Of a DNA stretch of 64,000 nucleotides, positions 36,117 to 45,695 are shown piece after piece. The notes under the pieces are model-generated. The model searched no databases and was not told where the DNA came from. It was given only the letters and a program-made list of their open reading frames with translations. A program made the translations under genes and the position numbers. The DNA lies in assembly GCA_020440645.1 (NCBI GenBank), contig JAGRNR010000014.1:1294-65293 (forward strand), written 5' to 3'. Source of the DNA: a bacterium (GTDB lineage Bacteria; 4484-113; JAFGCY01). How positions within the stretch are numbered: position 1 is the stretch's first letter; each line of letters begins with the position of its first letter.

Positions 36117-36552
36117 GTGTCACGAGCCATTCTAGCAATCATTCACAGGTATTCGCCAGCCGGCCTGTCCGACATCCCCAAACCAGGTTTCAGGGAACTG
36201 GGAGCAGGGATCAGAATGATTTGTCGCGCTTCGCGCGCCAGTCCCATTTCCTGACAGCAAAGCTGTCAGAATGTCCCGCAACCTGAAAGCTGCCACCAGC
36301 AAACTGGATCACCCCACCCGGAATGTCCGGCTGGCGCAAGGCAGACTGGAGTAAATGGACACAACATGGTTGCCAACAAGCTGCCTAAAGGGAACTCCGT
36401 GCTCTCTGTGCCCTCTGTGGTTAAATCCTTTGCGCACTCGTCGTGCAGCTAAGGCCGCAGCTTAACTACCGCTAAAGCGGGTAGCTCCGCCCCGAAACCT
36501 GCAACCAGCCACCTGCAACCAGCAACCTGATGTGCGACTAAAGTCGCACCTC

Positions 36553-37641
36553 CTACTCCACCGGTGACATTTCCCGGAAGTGGTCCGGCTTGACCGCGTC
36601 AGGGTGCAGGGTGTTGTGGCGCTTCTCGGTGATCGTCAGGTCCGCCGGGCCGCCCGGGCCCTCGCTGTCCATGTGCACCACGCGTGCCCAGGGGCTGGCC
36701 TGGATCTGCTGCACCACGCCGTCGTAGACCGGCGCGCCGTACTCCGCGCGTACCTCGTCGAGGTTCTCGAATTCATAGCCGAGCGCCTTCAGGCAGGCAG
36801 TGGCCTCCGCATCGGTGCAGGCCTTGCCGTGCCACTTGAAGATGTCCTCGTACTCCGGCACGCCCTTCATCATCGTGGTGTGGAAGATCAGCGCCTTCGG
36901 GCTGCCCTCCTGCTTGCGGGCCCAGCTCCAGGCCGCGTTGATCGCGTCCAGGTCATGCCCGTCCACGTTCTGCACCAGCCAGTGGCAGGCCTCCAGCTTC
37001 CTGTCCAGCGGGTCGAGGCGCTTCACGTCCTTCACGCGGCCGTCGATCTGGATATCGTTGTAGTCGCAGCTCATCACCAGGTTGTCCGTGCCACGGTGCC
37101 CTGCGTGCATGATCGCTTCCCAGATCTGCCCTTCCTGCATCTCGCCGTCGCCGACGTTGCAGTAGACGAACTGCTCGCCCTTGCCCTCGAGCTTCTTCCC
37201 AAGCGCCATGCCATGCGCGACGCTGAGGCCCTGCCCAAGCGAGCCGGTGCCGATCTCAATGCCCGGTAGCTTGATATGGTTCGGATGGCCCTGCAGGCGG
37301 CTCGGGGTGGAGCGGAAGGTCAGAAGGTAGCCCGGGCTGAAGAAGCCGCGGCGTGACAGCAGGCTGTACTGCAGCGCGCTGACGTGGCCGTTTGAGATCA
37401 CGAACTTGTCGCGGTCCGGCCAGTAGGGCTCATGGGGGCGGATGCGCATGTGGTTGAACAGCAGCGCCGCGGTGTAGTCGGCCATGCTGAACGGCCCGCC
37501 GGTATGGCCGCTGTTGGCGGCATTGGTCATCATCACCGCGTCCTTACGCAGCGTGCGCGCGACCTCCCTGAGCTCATCGTTGCCCAGATTGAGCGTGTCG
37601 GCCTTAAGGCTGCGTTCGCGGATTTCGGCGTGTGAAAGCAC
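36553..37641 (-). CDS. Transketolase N-terminal subunit (TPP-binding domain)
   Basis: 362 aa. NAANSGHTGGPFSMADYTAALLF…GSLGQGLSVAHGMAL…CNVGDGEMQEGQIWEAIMHAGH…LVMSCDYNDIQIDG are the TPP-binding transketolase motifs. It has a C-terminal extension of about 80 aa. Confidence 0.85.
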   Translation of the reverse strand: MLSHAEIRERSLKADTLNLGNDELREVARTLRKDAVMMTNAANSGHTGGPFSMADYTAALLFNHMRIRPHEPYWPDRDKFVISNGHVSALQYSLLSRRGFFSPGYLLTFRSTPSRLQGHPNHIKLPGIEIGTGSLGQGLSVAHGMALGKKLEGKGEQFVYCNVGDGEMQEGQIWEAIMHAGHRGTDNLVMSCDYNDIQIDGRVKDVKRLDPLDRKLEACHWLVQNVDGHDLDAINAAWSWARKQEGSPKALIFHTTMMKGVPEYEDIFKWHGKACTDAEATACLKALGYEFENLDEVRAEYGAPVYDGVVQQIQASPWARVVHMDSEGPGGPADLTITEKRHNTLHPDAVKPDHFREMSPVE

Positions 37642-37782
37642 GGGGTCACCCCAATGGTTTAGATGAGCCGATTATAGCGCTGGGAAACAGGCAGGGAGCT
37701 GAAAGCAGATAGCAGATATCAGAGCTGCCTGCCATCGCCTGCATTGGCACCATACAACTCCCTGTTCGCGAAATTCCCTTAT

Positions 37783-40668
37783 TCAGGGGCCGAAAAGTAG
37801 AAATGCCGACGATGTATCGCCCGCATATAGCTGTCCCAGGTCGTTGAGTGCCAGGCCATTGGCATAGGAGAACCCAAACCCGGTGTATTCCCAGAGCTTC
37901 GATCCAGCGGCACTGTAGGCATAAACCGTCTGGTCGTTGATCAGAAACAGCCTGTCTTGATTATCTATCAGGACAGTGCTGTAACCTCCACTTCCAAGAT
38001 CCTCTGACCACAGCAGGTTGCCCGCGGTATCAAGTGCTGTCAGGCTGCCGCCGAAGGGAGCGAAGTATGCGTTACCCGCGGAATCAAGGGATATCCTCAC
38101 ACTTGATGAGCTGGTCGTTCCTGTGTCATAACTCCAGTTGTCGAGTCCATCCGGCGAGATTCTATAGGCCACACCATCAATATCCGTAAAGAAAGTGTTT
38201 CCCGATCCATCGCAACTGACGCCGTTGCGCACCAAGCCGCTTCCAGCATCAAACATATCGACGAGGCTTCCATCCGCAGCAATGATATAGCGGATACCGA
38301 ATTGCGTCACGGCATGGATCCTAGCCGGACCAGTGGTCTCCTGCACCGCGCTGCTGCCATTGACAACATCGGAAAGCATGAAATCCCACCTGAAATCACC
38401 GGCAGGACTGATGCTGGTCAATACGCAATCGGCAGCCCCATTACGCAATACGTAGAGATTTCCGGCTGCATCCCTTGAAGGCGCACCCGTCAGGCGAGAA
38501 TTGAAGTTGTACTCCCAGACAAGTTCGCCTGCCGGATCATAACAAACCAGGCTATGCTCGGTGTTGAATGGGTTCTGCTCCAGCATGTGGACAATATCAC
38601 CATTGTCAAGAATCAGCGGGCTGCCCTTTGGCACGTACCCCGGCCAGTCCTTGCTCCAGCTCACGTTGCCAAAACGATCACAGGCCAGCACGACATCGTT
38701 CGTGGCTGTGTAGAAGCTGCTGTCAACGGCGAATGCTGGCGGGTTCCTGAAGTTTGCTGTCCTACCGATATCCCAGATTATCTCCCCGGCCTCATCCACA
38801 CGCTGCAGTCGATCCAGTCCCTGAGTGTAGAGGTTGTTGTTTTCATCGGTGGCCCCCCGGGCAGACATTACAACATCGGAATTGAGCCAGTTGCTGCCCA
38901 CAACATCCGGGATGGTACTCTTGATACCCTCAAAGGCACTGCTCCACCAAACTCTGCCGTTGTCCGCCACGAGAACCGGCACATGCACATCGCCTGGTGA
39001 TCCGAAACGCTGATGCAGACTACCGTCCTCACTGAATCCGACAACCACATCCCCCTCATCACCTGCAGTGCCAAACCAGATGTTGCCGTCTCCAGCTATT
39101 GTCAGTTTCGTATTCGGGAAGTCGTAGAACATTTGAGGAGGGAAATCATCCTTGTGTATCACGTTGGTCAGGTATGTCCAGTAGTCACTGCCATCACTGT
39201 GGAATGCGATGAGAAGCCAAGGGAAAGTCAGGTGATCTTCAGGCATGGACAAGACAATCGGCACATCATCCTTGCCATTCACCAGGCTGCCCGTGACCAT
39301 ACTGCTGATCCCGTCCACTATGCGGCGGCTCCACTGTTCAATGCCGGTGGAGTCAACTGCCACGAGGTCCATGTCATAAACTCCGCCACTTAAGGTCGTT
39401 TTGAGGAAATAGATGTTGCCGTTTCCGACAGTGGCACTGCTCACTACGCTGCTCTCTCCGCCACCTATTCTCCATTCTTCATTTCCAGACTCATCGATCA
39501 GCACCAATTCCCCGCTGCTGATGTCCAGCATGATGACATCATCCGCCATCGTGGCTTCAAAGTCCGCCAATTCAGCATCTACTGCCCTTTGCCAGAGGAC
39601 CTCGCCATTGCTGGAAATCCGGTAGAGCTGCCTTCCAGTCGTGTGCAGCACCATACTGTTGTCAGACAGCAAGGTAAACGAGGGCTCATGCAAAAGGCCG
39701 CCTGGGGATGAGTTTTTGCCATCCACCGCCGTACTCCACTGTATCTCTCCGTCCCTGCTAACACAGTTCACAAATCCATTGCTGCTTGTGCTGTAAAGTC
39801 TGCCATCACTACCCATCCCAAACTGGCCGAACTGGCTGAGCATCGAGCCGTGGAAAACAGCTTGCGGTGAATCTGGCGCAGCGATGTCGATCCGTGATCC
39901 GGCACTACCTCCTCCCCCGGGGCCGTTGAATTGCCCGGGACTGGGATCCGGTTCAATGGCAACAAGGTTCACGACATTGCTGTCAGCACCCAGATCACGT
40001 GCTGCACCGATGCCAGAAAACGGCTGAACCATGTAGTATCCGCTTGGCGCCTGCGGAATGTCGAGGGTGACCTCCTTCAGGCCTCCACCGGCGGGCGTGA
40101 CACCGGACGCAAATGAGATTTCCTGCAGTTCCGAAAAGTTAGCCTGATCAATCGCGTACTGCATTACATAGCCCGATATACTGTTGCCGAAATTGATTCC
40201 AATCGGCGTGATGTCGGCAATCGTAACCTGTCCATTGCCATCGCCGTCCGCCAGCCTGGCCTTTTCCCAGTCAGCATCGGAACTTGACTTGCCGAGGTGA
40301 ATGCCAACAGGCGTAATGTCAGCAACGTTCACTTCACCGTTCTGGTCATAGTCCCCATTGTTGCGCAGGCTCCATTTGAAGGTTGTGCCCGCCACGGACA
40401 AGTCGCTGACGGCTCCGGCTGCCCCGCCAGGCGCTGCGCTGACGTAACGAGTGATTCCCTGCTCATCCAGGACGCGCTGCAACTCCCGCAGCAGAAGCTC
40501 AGCGGTATCAGGGTCCATACCGGCCGGGGGACTGTACTCAGACAGCAACAAATGAGCAGTCGGTCCTACTGCAGGCAATGGTTCATTGATGGGATTGGAG
40601 CTGCGGTTGGAGCCGCAGGATGCCACCATAAGCAATGTAAGAACAAGCAATAATCCGAGACTGATCAT
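37783..40668 (-). CDS. Secreted lipoprotein: conserved N-terminal module, then a dockerin-type Ca-binding repeat pair, then a PQQ-like beta-propeller repeat region (paralog 1)
   Basis: ORF 37783..40818. Lipoprotein signal MISLGLLLVLTLLMVASCG starts at 40668, so the upstream 50 codons are probably non-coding because the hairpin repeat at 40761-40859 lies there. The dockerin pair is DYDQNGEVNVADITPVGI … DGDGNGQVTIADITPIGINFG. There are more than 10 repeats of the G-x-hydrophobic-W-x-x type (GEVLWQRAVD, GNEEWRIGGG, GIEQWSRRIV, GELVWEYNFN, NLLWSEDLGS, SKLWEYTGFG). Confidence 0.75.
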   Translation of the reverse strand: MISLGLLLVLTLLMVASCGSNRSSNPINEPLPAVGPTAHLLLSEYSPPAGMDPDTAELLLRELQRVLDEQGITRYVSAAPGGAAGAVSDLSVAGTTFKWSLRNNGDYDQNGEVNVADITPVGIHLGKSSSDADWEKARLADGDGNGQVTIADITPIGINFGNSISGYVMQYAIDQANFSELQEISFASGVTPAGGGLKEVTLDIPQAPSGYYMVQPFSGIGAARDLGADSNVVNLVAIEPDPSPGQFNGPGGGGSAGSRIDIAAPDSPQAVFHGSMLSQFGQFGMGSDGRLYSTSSNGFVNCVSRDGEIQWSTAVDGKNSSPGGLLHEPSFTLLSDNSMVLHTTGRQLYRISSNGEVLWQRAVDAELADFEATMADDVIMLDISSGELVLIDESGNEEWRIGGGESSVVSSATVGNGNIYFLKTTLSGGVYDMDLVAVDSTGIEQWSRRIVDGISSMVTGSLVNGKDDVPIVLSMPEDHLTFPWLLIAFHSDGSDYWTYLTNVIHKDDFPPQMFYDFPNTKLTIAGDGNIWFGTAGDEGDVVVGFSEDGSLHQRFGSPGDVHVPVLVADNGRVWWSSAFEGIKSTIPDVVGSNWLNSDVVMSARGATDENNNLYTQGLDRLQRVDEAGEIIWDIGRTANFRNPPAFAVDSSFYTATNDVVLACDRFGNVSWSKDWPGYVPKGSPLILDNGDIVHMLEQNPFNTEHSLVCYDPAGELVWEYNFNSRLTGAPSRDAAGNLYVLRNGAADCVLTSISPAGDFRWDFMLSDVVNGSSAVQETTGPARIHAVTQFGIRYIIAADGSLVDMFDAGSGLVRNGVSCDGSGNTFFTDIDGVAYRISPDGLDNWSYDTGTTSSSSVRISLDSAGNAYFAPFGGSLTALDTAGNLLWSEDLGSGGYSTVLIDNQDRLFLINDQTVYAYSAAGSKLWEYTGFGFSYANGLALNDLGQLYAGDTSSAFLLFGP

Positions 40669-40760
40669 AACAAATCCAGTCAGCAGTAGCTGTCGCAATG
40701 ATTGGATGCGAAGCAGTATTCTAGCCTTATACGCAAATCCCGTGGGAATGAAAGAGTATA

Positions 40761-40859
40761 GCTGAAAGCAGATAGCAGGGATCAGACTCGGCACTTCGAT
40801 CCTTCTGCGGCAGTTCACCTGTCCGAGTCTGCTCCCTGCTCGCTGCTTTCTGTTCTCTG
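40761..40859. repeat. Imperfect long hairpin built from (A)GCAGA oligomer repeats (family A)
   Basis: Left arm is GCTGAAAGCAGATAGCAGGGATCAGACTCGGC. Right arm is GTCCGAGTCTGCTCCCTGCTCGCTGCTTTCTGTTCTCTG, its reverse complement. The loop is about 30 nt. Confidence 0.7.
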
Positions 40860-42632
40860 TTACGGTGCATACACGGCCCAGACCAGCTTGGTCTGGGTCC
40901 GGACTTCCTCGCCATTGCCGGCTGACAGGCTGAACAGCTGCGCAAGGGCCGGTTGGCCATCAAGCAGCATGAAGCTGGTCAGGCCCGCCGGATAATCCGG
41001 CAGCACGCCATCGATCTGCCAGTCCGCAGGGTCATTGCCAGGCATTGCGCTGCTCCAGTGGCTCAGCACCATTAGCTGGCCATCGAGCGCAGTGGATGCC
41101 TGCGGACTGCCATGCAGGAAGTGCAGCTCAGCCCCGCTGCCCGCCAGGCCCAGCAGCGGGTCCTGCCCCAGCCCGAGCATGTCGTAACTGCTGTATTTCC
41201 AGGACTCGAACAGCTGCGGATCGCCATCGAGGAATTCAGCCGTCCAGAAGCGCAGGCTGCCATCCTGCGCCGGATGCCCGTCCACGCAAGCCAGCAGCGG
41301 ATGCCCGTTCAGTTCAGCGGTGTACATCGCCGAGTCCCGCCCTTCGCCGAGCGTCAGGTGGACCCAGTCGTCCGAGGTACTCGGGAATGACGAGATGCTG
41401 CTGGCAACGCGGAACTCCCGCAGGTCGTTGCCGAGATCAACGCAGTAGCCGAAGGCCGGGCCGCCATTGATGCTGATCGGCGGCGTCGTCCCGGATGTGC
41501 CGGGGATGTCCGGCAGGTCCAGGTAGACGTCGCACACTGCCCAGGACAGGTCATCGGGACTTGATTTGAATGCATACAGCAGGGTGTGGAAGTTGTCACT
41601 GGGAGAGCTGCTGACCTGCATTGTGATTGCCGGCCCGCTGTCCAGCCGGCCCAGCCGGGGGTTGACAAGCCTGGGTGCGCCCATGAAAGCCTCGTTGCTG
41701 AAGGTTTCGTGCGGGTCACCGGCATAGTGCCAGACGAGTGTGGGCACTGCTGGGTTGCCAAAGGGCACGACATTGATGATACCGAAGCCACCGTCGAAGT
41801 CCGCCATGTCCAGGCCCTCCGCACCGAAGAACTGCCCCTCAAGCGAAAGCAGCTCCCAGTCCGGCAGGGCGGCGCCGTTGGCAGTGTTGCTGATTGCCAG
41901 CCGCACGCTTTCAGCCCCGGCGGCATCCCGTGTGGCAAACACGATCGCCGGCCGGCCGCCTATGATGCGCGCCTGCAGCGCCAGTGCGCCGTCAAAGGCG
42001 CTGCCGACATCACTTGCCGATTCCAGCTCCACGAAGCGCCAGCCGCTGGCGGGCCGGGTTGCCAGCTCGAAGTGGTCAAGCACCGGCTGTCCGCCACCCG
42101 TCGCCACGATGAAGGCCAGCAGCACATTCCCTGCGGGAGTTGTATAGCTTGCGCTGTCCGGCCATTCCAGCGCATCCTGCGGATTATCCGCAGCGCGCCA
42201 TTCCCAGCGATTGTCAGCCGGAAGGCCGATGCCAATAAAGCAGGACCCGGCCGCCGGTGTTATGCCCCAGTCCATCACCAGCTCAAGCGGTCCGCTGTCA
42301 GCCAGCGGCACGCGGTACACGGCCCACGCGAAATGCTGCGGAGCTGCTTCGCCGGAAGCTGGCGGCAGGAATCGGATGCCCTCGCCGTCCGTTGCCAGGT
42401 TGCCCTGTGGCAGCTCCATGCCCAGCCGCGCCCCCGCGATGAAGCCCAGGCTGTCGGATGCCACGCGCTCGATCAGCACGCCGGGGGCCGGGAGGTCGGC
42501 CGGTGTACCCGGAGCGCTGGGAAGATCCGTTGGCAGCGATGCTGACTGCGCGCTCACGCGGCTGCAGGAACAGTTCACTGCACAGGCCAGCCAGCCTGCC
42601 AGCAGCAGGCACGAAAGGGAAAACGGACGCAT
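40860..42632 (-). CDS. Hypothetical secreted protein (~590 aa) located between the two dockerin-propeller paralogs
   Basis: ORF 40860..42692. GAGGA RBS sits before ATG at 42632 (MRPFSLSCLLLAGWLACAVNC signal). No motif recognised. Pro/Gly/Ala-rich, predicted beta-rich. Confidence 0.5.
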   Translation of the reverse strand: MRPFSLSCLLLAGWLACAVNCSCSRVSAQSASLPTDLPSAPGTPADLPAPGVLIERVASDSLGFIAGARLGMELPQGNLATDGEGIRFLPPASGEAAPQHFAWAVYRVPLADSGPLELVMDWGITPAAGSCFIGIGLPADNRWEWRAADNPQDALEWPDSASYTTPAGNVLLAFIVATGGGQPVLDHFELATRPASGWRFVELESASDVGSAFDGALALQARIIGGRPAIVFATRDAAGAESVRLAISNTANGAALPDWELLSLEGQFFGAEGLDMADFDGGFGIINVVPFGNPAVPTLVWHYAGDPHETFSNEAFMGAPRLVNPRLGRLDSGPAITMQVSSSPSDNFHTLLYAFKSSPDDLSWAVCDVYLDLPDIPGTSGTTPPISINGGPAFGYCVDLGNDLREFRVASSISSFPSTSDDWVHLTLGEGRDSAMYTAELNGHPLLACVDGHPAQDGSLRFWTAEFLDGDPQLFESWKYSSYDMLGLGQDPLLGLAGSGAELHFLHGSPQASTALDGQLMVLSHWSSAMPGNDPADWQIDGVLPDYPAGLTSFMLLDGQPALAQLFSLSAGNGEEVRTQTKLVWAVYAP

Positions 42633-42743
42633 GTTCGAATCCTCAATCGCAGAGTAAGAAATACTACGTCCTGCAACTCGCAAAGCAGGCATTGTGAAGA
42701 TTGATCATGCGAAATGGCTTTCCGATCACGGACTGCCTGCCCA

Positions 42744-45590
42744 CTACTGGATGTAGATCAGCGTGCCTTCCTTCTGCATCACGAACACCCGGCCATCCGG
42801 GTCAATTGCCGGGCGGCACTGCCAGGCCATGTCATTCGGCCAGCTCCACAGCTCATTGCCGGCACTGTCCAGGCATAAGGTGCGCCCGTTGCCGACCTCA
42901 CCCGCCGTCACCACCAGCGGGTCATTCGCATTGCCGAAGTAGATCCGCCCGGCGCTGTCCACGCAGACCGCCGAGAAGATCGGGGAGGGGTAGCTGAGCG
43001 CCCAGCGCTGCGAGCCGTCGTCATTCAGCGAGTACAGCTTCTTGTCCGTGCAGCCGAACACCACCCCGCCGTCCGCGCCGACCGCCAGTTCGCCGAATCC
43101 GAGCGATCCGGCCAGCGGGAAGCTCCATTTCAGGTTGCCATCCGGCTTCACCACCGTGATGTTACCCGCGTAGTCATCGAACACCGCGCTGCCGTCCGGC
43201 TGCACAGAGACCCCTGAGGTATCCAGGCTGAGCAGCGGGTCGGCCACGGCATAGCTCCACAGCAGGCTGCCCATGTCATCCAGCGCCACCAGACGGTCCC
43301 GCAGGCGGGCGTACAGCAGCGGCGGGTCGCTGCCAGTCCAGACAGCCATGTGCGTCGGGCCGGCGAAGGTGTAGAAGCGCGCCGGCAGGGCTGCCGTGGT
43401 CCACAGTTCCGTACCGTCGCCGCCGATGCAGCTGATGTAGTCGTCGAAGCCGTCACTCCAGCCGTAGTAGAGCAGGCCGTTGCCCATTGCCAGCTGCGTG
43501 CTGAACCGGCCCAGCGGGCGGCGGTACCACAGCAGCGTACCGTTGTCAGTGCAGCACAGCAGCGCCGGCCGGCCCTCATGCGTGCCGATGAAGGCGATGC
43601 GGTTGTCCGGCAGGATCCACGGGGTGGCGCTGTTGCTGGCGAAGGCCGGGTACACCGTGCCGAAGCTGCTGCCAACCGGCAGCACGGACAGCCCGCCGAA
43701 GCCGCTGACAACACGCCCGTCATCCGTGAAGCAGGGACTGCCGCTGGGCAGGCCGCTGCCGCCCGCGCCCCAGCGGAAGCTGCCATCTGGCGCAATGCTG
43801 AGCAGGCTGCCGTTGTAGTAGCCGTAGAAGTTGCCAAGCTGGTCAACTGCGGCCTCGAACAGGTTTCCGATGCCTGCGTATTCCCAGTCAGCCACAGCAG
43901 GCGGGACGAGGGAATGGATCACGGCGTCGCCGGTCTGCCAGGCCAGCCGTCCGTCGGCCCCGAGCGCAGTGCTGCCCTGTACCTGGTTGCCCTCCGCGGA
44001 GAATAGTTCCAGCCCGTTGCCATCGAACAGCCGCACATGGTCCGGGCTGTCGCCGAAGGTGCCGTAGCTGGCCTGGCCGAGGGCATTAACCTTGACCGTG
44101 CCGTTCAGGCTCTCCACCGGTCCTTCCCATGCCACGCCGCCAGCGGAGTTGAGCGCCACCAGCCTGTCCGCGCTCACGAGCAGCCGGCCGGCGCTGTCTG
44201 CGTTGAGGTAGCTGCTCACGTAGTAGTCATTAATGTCAATCGATGCCACGCCGGGGACCGTGTAGCTCCACAGGAAGCTGCCCGCGTCGTCAACCGCACT
44301 GACCCGCACATCGCTCGGCACCGGCAGCTGGTTGAGATAGGGCTGGCCGGTATAGCTCAGCACGCAGAATGCGCCGGGGATCGCGAAGCACAGGCCGAAG
44401 TCCCGCCCCGGCTCACTGTAGTTCCACAGCTCGCTGCCGGAGCTGTCCAGCCTGCGCAGCGTGGCCCCACCGCCTTCCACATACAGCGCGCCACCACCCG
44501 GCACCGGGCGGATGTCCCGCACCCTGGTCCCCAGGTTCAGGCGCCAGTCCTCGCTGCCACCCGTGATCTGCATGATGTCGCCGTTGCGCATGGCGGCCAG
44601 CACGGTGTTGTCAGCCCCCAGCCGGTGGATCGCCGGCCAGTCGCCGGTGTCGATCCCCCAGATGTGGATCAGGTCCGGCGTGAAGCATTCCGCCAGCCCG
44701 TCCATCCCGAGCGTGTAGATGTTGCCATCGCTGCCGACAAGCGGTGCGCTGAAGCGGTCGGTGAATGTCATCCCGCTCTGGTTCGTGAACACAGCCGGGC
44801 CGGCCACCGGGCTGTAGCCGGTGTTGCCGGAATCCGCCCCGCTGCCATTCCAGTTGCCGGGACTGATCGGCCCGCCGCTCGGCACCAGTTCATACACGTT
44901 TCCGGGAATGCCCAGTTCCCGGCTGCTGCCGTCCTGCTGGTAGGGCACGGCGCGGTAGAAGCCGGATGGTGCACCGGGCTGCTCTAGTTCGAAGTACTTC
45001 CGTCCGCCACCGGCCGGCAGCAGCGCCGCGGCAATCGGCAGCTCACTGCGCAGGCTCCAGCCCGCGCTGCCATCGCTGCTGTACTGCAGCTCATAACCGT
45101 CCACCCGGTTGCCGAAGTTGACACCGAGCGGGGTGATGTCCGCCAGCGTGATGAACTCGTTGCCATCGCCGTCCGCCAGCAGCGCCCGGAACCAGTCCGA
45201 ATCACTCGGGGTACGGTTGAGGAAGATCCCGATCGGGGTGATGTCGGAAACATTCACCTCGCCGTTCTGGTCATAGTCCGCCGGGTTGTTGAAGGTCCAG
45301 CGGAAGGTATTGCCATCGAGCGCGAGGTCATGCACCGCTGCATTGGAGGTCTGCGGTGGCGCACTGGCCATCCGTGTGATGCCCTGCTCCGCCAGCACCC
45401 GTGAAAGTTCCTTGAGCAGCTCATCCGCCAGCTGCGCATCGATCCCCGCAGGTGCCACATACTGCGACAGCAGCTGCTCCACCGGCACGGACTGCCCAGC
45501 CTGCGGTTCAGGCGACTGTCCGCGGCCACCGCAGCCGCCCAATAGTGCGGCCAGCAGGGCCGCTCCCCAAAGCTTCACGCTCCACTTCAT
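42744..45590 (-). CDS. Secreted lipoprotein: conserved N-terminal module, dockerin-type repeat pair, PQQ-like beta-propeller repeats (paralog 2)
   Basis: ORF 42744..45614. GAGGTG RBS sits before ATG 45590 (MKWSVKLWGAALLAALLGGCGG lipobox). The N-terminal module LLSQYVAPAGIDAQLADELLKELSRVLAEQGITR is shared with paralog 1. The dockerin pair is DYDQNGEVNVSDITPIGI … DGDGNEFITLADITPLGVNFG. PQQ-like W repeats include SELWNYSEPG, SFLWSYTVPG, GTLLWYRRPL, TELWTTAALP, SLLWSYAVAD, GNLKWSFPLA, SQRWALSYPS and NELWSWPNDM. Confidence 0.75.
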   Translation of the reverse strand: MKWSVKLWGAALLAALLGGCGGRGQSPEPQAGQSVPVEQLLSQYVAPAGIDAQLADELLKELSRVLAEQGITRMASAPPQTSNAAVHDLALDGNTFRWTFNNPADYDQNGEVNVSDITPIGIFLNRTPSDSDWFRALLADGDGNEFITLADITPLGVNFGNRVDGYELQYSSDGSAGWSLRSELPIAAALLPAGGGRKYFELEQPGAPSGFYRAVPYQQDGSSRELGIPGNVYELVPSGGPISPGNWNGSGADSGNTGYSPVAGPAVFTNQSGMTFTDRFSAPLVGSDGNIYTLGMDGLAECFTPDLIHIWGIDTGDWPAIHRLGADNTVLAAMRNGDIMQITGGSEDWRLNLGTRVRDIRPVPGGGALYVEGGGATLRRLDSSGSELWNYSEPGRDFGLCFAIPGAFCVLSYTGQPYLNQLPVPSDVRVSAVDDAGSFLWSYTVPGVASIDINDYYVSSYLNADSAGRLLVSADRLVALNSAGGVAWEGPVESLNGTVKVNALGQASYGTFGDSPDHVRLFDGNGLELFSAEGNQVQGSTALGADGRLAWQTGDAVIHSLVPPAVADWEYAGIGNLFEAAVDQLGNFYGYYNGSLLSIAPDGSFRWGAGGSGLPSGSPCFTDDGRVVSGFGGLSVLPVGSSFGTVYPAFASNSATPWILPDNRIAFIGTHEGRPALLCCTDNGTLLWYRRPLGRFSTQLAMGNGLLYYGWSDGFDDYISCIGGDGTELWTTAALPARFYTFAGPTHMAVWTGSDPPLLYARLRDRLVALDDMGSLLWSYAVADPLLSLDTSGVSVQPDGSAVFDDYAGNITVVKPDGNLKWSFPLAGSLGFGELAVGADGGVVFGCTDKKLYSLNDDGSQRWALSYPSPIFSAVCVDSAGRIYFGNANDPLVVTAGEVGNGRTLCLDSAGNELWSWPNDMAWQCRPAIDPDGRVFVMQKEGTLIYIQ

Positions 45591-45695
45591 CTGCACACCT
45601 CGTTGTGGCTGCACATGGGCTCACCGCAGCCGGGAAACCTTCATATATATTAAGGTGAGTCGCCCCAGTGCGGCGGGATCGGGAGGAAATGGAAG

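Noticed and set aside
40669-40818. N-terminal 50-codon extension of the dockerin-propeller ORF (and analogous extensions at 54379-54633 and 62791-62868)
   Set aside because: The extensions overlap intergenic hairpin repeats, lack signal-peptide character, and place the lipobox far from the N-terminus. Internal starts with signal peptides are preferred.
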